From the NCBI GenBank assembly GCA_030599585.1, contig JAUVNS010000008.1, positions 175,285-239,284 on the forward strand: a stretch of 64,000 nucleotides of DNA, in the 5' to 3' direction. This document shows, piece after piece, positions 59,322-64,000 of this stretch. This DNA is from Promethearchaeota archaeon. GTDB lineage: Archaea; Asgardarchaeota; Lokiarchaeia; Sigyniarchaeales; SOKP01. The notes under the pieces were generated by a model, which worked only from the letters and a program-made list of their open reading frames with translations, ran no database searches and had not been told where the DNA came from. A program made the translations under genes and the position numbers. The number at the start of each line of letters is the position of its first letter. Position 1 is the first letter of the stretch.

Positions 59322-59585
59322 TTACTTGTCCAGATTATTAGTAAAGACTTCACCGGTTAAACTTTTAGCAAGCTTAGCGCTCGTATCAAAAAGACCCTTC
59401 ATAGATTTATAAAAGATATCACCAATAAATTCGCTCAACTTTTTATCTGGTTCCATGTTAGCTTCAGAATCTCCAAGTTCATTCAATTCTTTTATAAGAT
59501 CTACTTTTTTTTCCTTGAGTTCCTTAGTAAGACTCTCAAAATTATTTTCGATATCATCCCTTTCAGGATTTTTGTTATTTTCCAT
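59322..59585 (-). CDS. Small helical hypothetical protein
   Basis: GAGGT RBS; 17 bp downstream of the PlsC-like gene on the same strand; amphipathic C-terminal helix. Confidence 0.7.
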   Translation of the reverse strand: MENNKNPERDDIENNFESLTKELKEKKVDLIKELNELGDSEANMEPDKKLSEFIGDIFYKSMKGLFDTSAKLAKSLTGEVFTNNLDK

Positions 59586-59602
59586 TTTTTTTTACCTCAT
59601 TT

Positions 59603-60298
59603 TTATTCTTGTTCTGTTTCAGGGTGTACCCTAAGAGAATCGATAATCTTAATTATATCCGCAGCAAGTTCGTATCTCTCATCTCGGTATTTTGGACGAG
59701 ATAATCGTTTTTCTACTTTAAGCGGGGTTCCAATTTTTACTCTTATCCCTGTCGTGTCAATTAAATTTAGAATTTTTGCCTTTTCCGTGTATATTGCTAT
59801 TGGAATTATAGGTGCCATCGCAGCAACAGCGAATTTAATAATACCCGCCATCGCTTTCACTTGAACCTCAGGAGTAAGTTTAGATTCTGGGGTCATTGCT
59901 ACAAGATCTCCGGTCTCGTTGAGATAATGGAATACTTTATCTATTGGTATTGTATCGTCTTTATCAAGCGTGCTACGGAACATACCTAACGTTTTAAGAA
60001 CGGGTCCGTACAATTGGTGTTTCATTAATTTATGATAAACCATAAAATGAATTCTTCGTCCAGAAACCTGGCTAATAATTGCCATATCTCTCATAGCGTT
60101 TTCGCTTACTGTCGTTAAAATAGCTTTCCCTATAATGGGTACGTTTTCTTTGCCTTCTATCTTTAAATCGGCAAATGCTTCTAAACCAAAGCCTCCAATA
60201 CCTTTTACAGCTGCGTATAAAATATCTTTCATCAGATTCTTACTATTAAGTTTATTTTCTCCTTTCGTTTCCTTTTCTTCTGTTGATGTTTCAACCAT
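59603..60298 (-). CDS. PlsC/LPLAT acyltransferase-fold protein with degenerate catalytic motif
   Basis: KIEGKENVP..GKAIL, RRIHFM, VAMTPE, GIIKFA....APIIPIAI, IRVKIGTPL; the HxxxxD position reads SENAMRD. Confidence 0.75.
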   Translation of the reverse strand: MVETSTEEKETKGENKLNSKNLMKDILYAAVKGIGGFGLEAFADLKIEGKENVPIIGKAILTTVSENAMRDMAIISQVSGRRIHFMVYHKLMKHQLYGPVLKTLGMFRSTLDKDDTIPIDKVFHYLNETGDLVAMTPESKLTPEVQVKAMAGIIKFAVAAMAPIIPIAIYTEKAKILNLIDTTGIRVKIGTPLKVEKRLSRPKYRDERYELAADIIKIIDSLRVHPETEQE

Positions 60299-60312
60299 TT
60301 ATATCCTCTCCT

Positions 60313-60507
60313 TTATAATTTGTCTATAAAATTGCTAACTTCCTCCATCCGTCTCTCGTAATATTCCTTTAACTCTTTCTCGGAAACAAACGAAGGAATT
60401 ACTTTTTCTAAATAAATATCAAAAATTGTTGATAATTTAGTTTTATGTTGAAGAGACTCAAGAAATTCCTCTCCTAAGTGCTTCAATTGATTAAAAAATT
60501 CTGCCAT
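60313..60507 (-). CDS. Small hypothetical protein
   Basis: 64-aa ORF tightly packed between the activase and PlsC-like genes, with a purine-rich RBS. Confidence 0.6.
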   Translation of the reverse strand: MAEFFNQLKHLGEEFLESLQHKTKLSTIFDIYLEKVIPSFVSEKELKEYYERRMEEVSNFIDKL

Positions 60508-60531
60508 TTCTCTTTTTCCTCTAAACTTTAA

Positions 60532-61557
60532 TTAAGTTAATTGATCCCATTTCCCACATCTGGAACCCCAACGAGCAATCACTTTATTTCCATATTCAGG
60601 CATTTTAACTTGGACTATTTCGCAATTATTTGGGCAATCACCGCAATTAAATGCGGATGTTGTGAATTCTATTTCAGATACTTCAAGACCTCTGAATTCT
60701 GTCTCGTGTTCGTGTTCAATATAGTAATCTCGCACGAGGATAGCCATACCCAGAGCTCCCATCAGTACATTATATTTAGGAACAATAACTTTGCAGCCTA
60801 AATGCCTTTCGAAAGCTTCTATAATTCCTTGATTATATGAAACTCCTCCTTGAAAGACAATCGGTTCTTCTAAATCTTTTCCCTTTCCAACATTGTTCAT
60901 GTAATTTCTAACAAGCGAATCGCATAATCCTGCGATAATATCATCTTTGGTATAACCTGCGTTTTGTTTGTGAATCATGTCAGACTCCGCAAAAACCGTG
61001 CATCTTCCAGCAATGCTCACGGGATTTTTCGATTTTATAGCATAATCACCAAACTCTTCTATTGCAATCCCAAGTCGTGCTGCTTGATGATCCAAGAATG
61101 AACCCGTTCCAGCTGCACAAATAGAATTCATAGCAAAATCTATAATTATCCCATCTCGTAAGAGTATTATCTTCGAGTCTTGACCTCCAATTTCTAAAAT
61201 TGTTCTTACATCTGGGTATATAGTTTGAGCAGCAACAGCGTGAGCGATAATCTCTGTTTTTGCGAGATCAGCGCCAACTATAGCTTTAGTTAAATACCTT
61301 GCAGAACCAGTCGTTCCGCAACATCGTATTGCATACTCGTGTAAATTTTCGCTTTTTTCTATGTTTTCACGTAATTCAGCCATCCCTGCTTTTGCTGATT
61401 CAATAGGAGAACCTCGATTTCGTAAAAATACGCTGGAAAGTATATTTCCATCGGAATCCATTAGCACAAATTTGCAACTCACGCTCCCTATGTCTATTCC
61501 AAGGAAAGCATCCTTTTTTTGTTCTTCTTCAACTACTTTTTCAGTAACATCTTCCAT
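60532..61557 (-). CDS. 2-hydroxyacyl-CoA dehydratase activase-type ATPase (BcrAD/BadFG/HgdC family) with C-terminal Cys cluster
   Basis: LGIDIGSVSCK, TTGSAR, EIIAHA, LEIGGQDSK, MNSICAAGTGSFLD, IAGRCTVFAESD, QGGV, GALG, C-terminal CGDCPNNC...GSRC. Confidence 0.93.
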   Translation of the reverse strand: MEDVTEKVVEEEQKKDAFLGIDIGSVSCKFVLMDSDGNILSSVFLRNRGSPIESAKAGMAELRENIEKSENLHEYAIRCCGTTGSARYLTKAIVGADLAKTEIIAHAVAAQTIYPDVRTILEIGGQDSKIILLRDGIIIDFAMNSICAAGTGSFLDHQAARLGIAIEEFGDYAIKSKNPVSIAGRCTVFAESDMIHKQNAGYTKDDIIAGLCDSLVRNYMNNVGKGKDLEEPIVFQGGVSYNQGIIEAFERHLGCKVIVPKYNVLMGALGMAILVRDYYIEHEHETEFRGLEVSEIEFTTSAFNCGDCPNNCEIVQVKMPEYGNKVIARWGSRCGKWDQLT

Positions 61558-61569
61558 TTATACTTACCA

Positions 61570-62760
61570 CTAAATTGAATTTTGAATTAATTGATAACAT
61601 TGGTTGTAAAATATATCTCCAAAATGAGGATATATCTTTTTATTACCATTTGATACGAATTTAGCATTATTTTTAATTTCTTTATTCCTACGACCATGCA
61701 TTAGGTCGGAGAAGGCCTCGAGTCGCGTCCGAAACCCCTCCATGCCACTTTGCTCGTCAAATGAGAAATATATAATCGGGAGGTCGTACATCTTCTTAAG
61801 CTTGTTGGTTATAATTGTTCGAGCAGTCACTTCTGGCATGCAAAGAAACGGATATTCGTGAACGAAACCATCAAAACCCGCTTTAGCTTTGTCAATATAC
61901 TCCCCAAGCACCCATCTCGCCTCGCCCCCTATATCCATAGGCATGTAGGGATGTGAAAGATGCTCTAACCATTTTCTATGATAGTTTAGGTGAAATTTGT
62001 GAACTACCCAATCGTAAAGACTTAGGGATTGGTGAATTTCGATTCCCATTTCACCTAACTTGCGTCTGATATCAAGATTCACATAAGGCTCTAAGCTAAT
62101 GTGAATTTCTCCTGAAAGTCCCACCTTTAAGGGACTTAGAGATTTATCGATATCGAGACTATTAAAGTCTTCTTTAATTACATTCTTGAATTTCCTTAAC
62201 ACAGGGAGCGTATTGGCTTCATCAAGTTTTGTTAACAAATCATTAACGATATTAGTTGTGTCTCCTTGATTTCGCTCGTAAGCCCGGAAAACGCCCTCAG
62301 CGGTTTGAATGTCATTTAAAAGTTTAGCTTTTTTTAAGAAAAAGATAATAGCCTTAACGAATTTAGAGTAAATAAATAAATCTCTTCGGCCGCTTAACTC
62401 TTGAAGCGTTTTAACCCAATTAAACTCAAGTAAATCAGCCTGATCTAGCGGAACAACCGTAATATCTTTATATCCCATATCCCTTAAGATTCGTTCTTGA
62501 ACCGATGCATAAAAACCGAATCGACAAGGTCCACAATCAATAGCCATTACCAATGTATCTGCTCCCTTCTTAATAGCGTTCACGAAGTCTCCTATCGTTG
62601 CTTTAAACGGAAAGCAAACAAATTCTGGACTATGTTTAACACCGATTTTAATTGCTTCTCGATTAGTTGGATCTGGAATGACCACATCTAATCCTAAGCT
62701 TGTAAATAGTGTTTTGAAAGCCACCCAGTTCGGACCCATGTTAGGGAAGGATATTAACAT
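61570..62760 (-). CDS. 2-hydroxyacyl-CoA dehydratase-like / DUF2229 (PlsR-like) Fe-S subunit
   Basis: SFPNMG, GVKHSPEFVCFPFK..IG, CGPCRFGFY, KVGLSGEI, DGFVH.YPFLCMPE, FDEQSG.EG.RTRLEAF. Confidence 0.82.
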   Translation of the reverse strand: MLISFPNMGPNWVAFKTLFTSLGLDVVIPDPTNREAIKIGVKHSPEFVCFPFKATIGDFVNAIKKGADTLVMAIDCGPCRFGFYASVQERILRDMGYKDITVVPLDQADLLEFNWVKTLQELSGRRDLFIYSKFVKAIIFFLKKAKLLNDIQTAEGVFRAYERNQGDTTNIVNDLLTKLDEANTLPVLRKFKNVIKEDFNSLDIDKSLSPLKVGLSGEIHISLEPYVNLDIRRKLGEMGIEIHQSLSLYDWVVHKFHLNYHRKWLEHLSHPYMPMDIGGEARWVLGEYIDKAKAGFDGFVHEYPFLCMPEVTARTIITNKLKKMYDLPIIYFSFDEQSGMEGFRTRLEAFSDLMHGRRNKEIKNNAKFVSNGNKKIYPHFGDIFYNQCYQLIQNSI

Positions 62761-62930
62761 AACAGTTTAATAGATTAATTTCAATTTTTTACTTAGCAAT
62801 GTATTTGATCAAATAACACAATTTAAAATAAAAATTTACCCATTACAAACAGATTCTCAATCGTATGTTATTCTTAATAAAAAATGGGAGTAATTTTAAT
62901 AATATAAGATACAAAAATACAAATTTTAGA

Positions 62931-63113
62931 TTACTCCAAATACCTTTTAACTCTTCTTTGTATTTCCATTTTCAAGTCTTCTGTAAATAAAATTGGATCT
63001 TCAATGCCTCTCTTCTCTTTAGCTAAAATAGCCGAACCATCTTGAATATATAAAAGAAAATCTATTTCAACACAGGAATCGAATAAAAGCCCCGATTTTC
63101 TCATTACTCTCAA
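62931..63113 (-). CDS. Possible small hypothetical protein
   Basis: 60-aa ORF overlapping the upstream stop by 4 nt; no motif. Confidence 0.35.
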   Translation of the reverse strand: MRVMRKSGLLFDSCVEIDFLLYIQDGSAILAKEKRGIEDPILFTEDLKMEIQRRVKRYLE

Positions 63114-64000
63114 AGGTTAAAAAGAGATCCGATATCAAAAAACGAATTTCTTGAAAAAAACTCGAGTCCATTCCTAACGGCGAATCCTACATCTAATTTC
63201 TTTGATGGATTCAGCATTGTTAAAACCTTTGACATTGGTGTTTCAATACTAGACACGAAATATTCAAAATTGGATTTCGGCTTAAAATATATATTTTTTA
63301 CTTCATCCGGGACCACATACTTGGCATCTCTAAACAAGGGATTATTTTTCTTGTTGCCAACCATTAAATCATGAAATGCTTCGATTCTTGTTCTAAGTCC
63401 TTCAAAACCAGAACTTCCATCAAGACTAAAATGAATGTGGGGCATATAAAACTTGTCCATGTTTTTCTCAGCTTCTAACATTCCCATGAAGGATATTTCG
63501 GGGAGACAGGTGAAGGGAAAAACGTGAACAAATCCATCAAAACCTTTTTCTTGACACTCAAGATAAGATCCCATGTTCCACTGGGCTTCTCCTCCCACAT
63601 CCATTGGAATATAATTTCTTGCACTATGTGCAAGCCGTCTTCTTCGTTTGCTGGCGTCAAGTTTATACATAACCCAATCAAAGACATCATACTGCTTGTG
63701 AACCTCGATGCCCATGACGCCTAATTCTCCCATCATATCATAATTAACCCATTTCTCCAACATGACTTGGATTTCCCCAGTATAACAAACCCTCAAAGGT
63801 TCCATTTCCTTGTCAATAGGAATCTTGCGAAATTGTTCATCTATCGTTTTTTCAAAATAAGATAATTTCATCAAATTATTTTCGTTATCAAGTAAATTCA
63901 TCAAAGTATGAACTACTTTGGTAGTCATTGCTTTGTTTTTTTCTCGACATCTAACAAGTCCTTCAATATGGGTTATTCTTTCAACATAGTATGCTTTGAC
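63110..64000 (-). CDS. Second dehydratase-like/DUF2229 subunit, paralogue of 61570-62760 (N-terminus beyond the window)
   Basis: LRVCYTGEI, YIPMDVGGEAQW, FDGFVHVFPFTCLPE, SLDGSSGFEGLRTRIEAF; the frame is open to 64000 (VKAYYVERITHIEGLVRCRE aligns with the paralogue). Confidence 0.85.
   Translation of the reverse strand, partial: VKAYYVERITHIEGLVRCREKNKAMTTKVVHTLMNLLDNENNLMKLSYFEKTIDEQFRKIPIDKEMEPLRVCYTGEIQVMLEKWVNYDMMGELGVMGIEVHKQYDVFDWVMYKLDASKRRRRLAHSARNYIPMDVGGEAQWNMGSYLECQEKGFDGFVHVFPFTCLPEISFMGMLEAEKNMDKFYMPHIHFSLDGSSGFEGLRTRIEAFHDLMVGNKKNNPLFRDAKYVVPDEVKNIYFKPKSNFEYFVSSIETPMSKVLTMLNPSKKLDVGFAVRNGLEFFSRNSFFDIGSLFNL

Noticed and set aside
1-64000. rRNA, tRNA, CRISPR array, transposase or integrase
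   Set aside because: No GC-rich structured RNA stretch, cloverleaf, regularly spaced repeat-spacer array or DDE/tyrosine-recombinase ORF seen by eye; a covariance-model scan would be needed to exclude small RNAs.

Overview
AT-rich, gene-dense archaeal chromosome segment. The gene content points to an Asgard archaeon of the Lokiarchaeia/Promethearchaeota type (inference): Alba, a short histone, Sec11-type signal peptidase, HerA/NurA/Mre11/Rad50, Taw2, GAGGT/GGTGA ribosome-binding sites, poly-T gene ends, Rab-like and longin-like folds, and many lipid/CoA enzymes. About 65 CDS are supported; I see no rRNA, tRNA, CRISPR array or transposase. Recognisable modules: a chimeric threonine cluster (ACT-hom-thrC plus thrH) lying between the two subunits of a CoA-transferase-fold enzyme; thiolase plus DUF35; alba and a histone beside a herA-nurA-mre11-rad50 operon; a corrinoid protein / homocysteine methyltransferase / non-pyrrolysine MttB operon; and, at the right end, a split PlsA/PlsR-like (2-hydroxyacyl-CoA dehydratase/activase) cluster running into a degenerate PlsC-like gene. 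Best candidates for undescribed biology: that lipid-remodelling-like cluster; a cytoplasmic IFT52/GIFT-RHH-SAP-like protein; two stand-alone 7TM paralogues downstream of a Rab-like pseudo-GTPase; a stand-alone C2-like protein; and apparent non-canonical start codons (ACG, ATC/ATT). All family calls come from reading motifs by eye; no searches were run.
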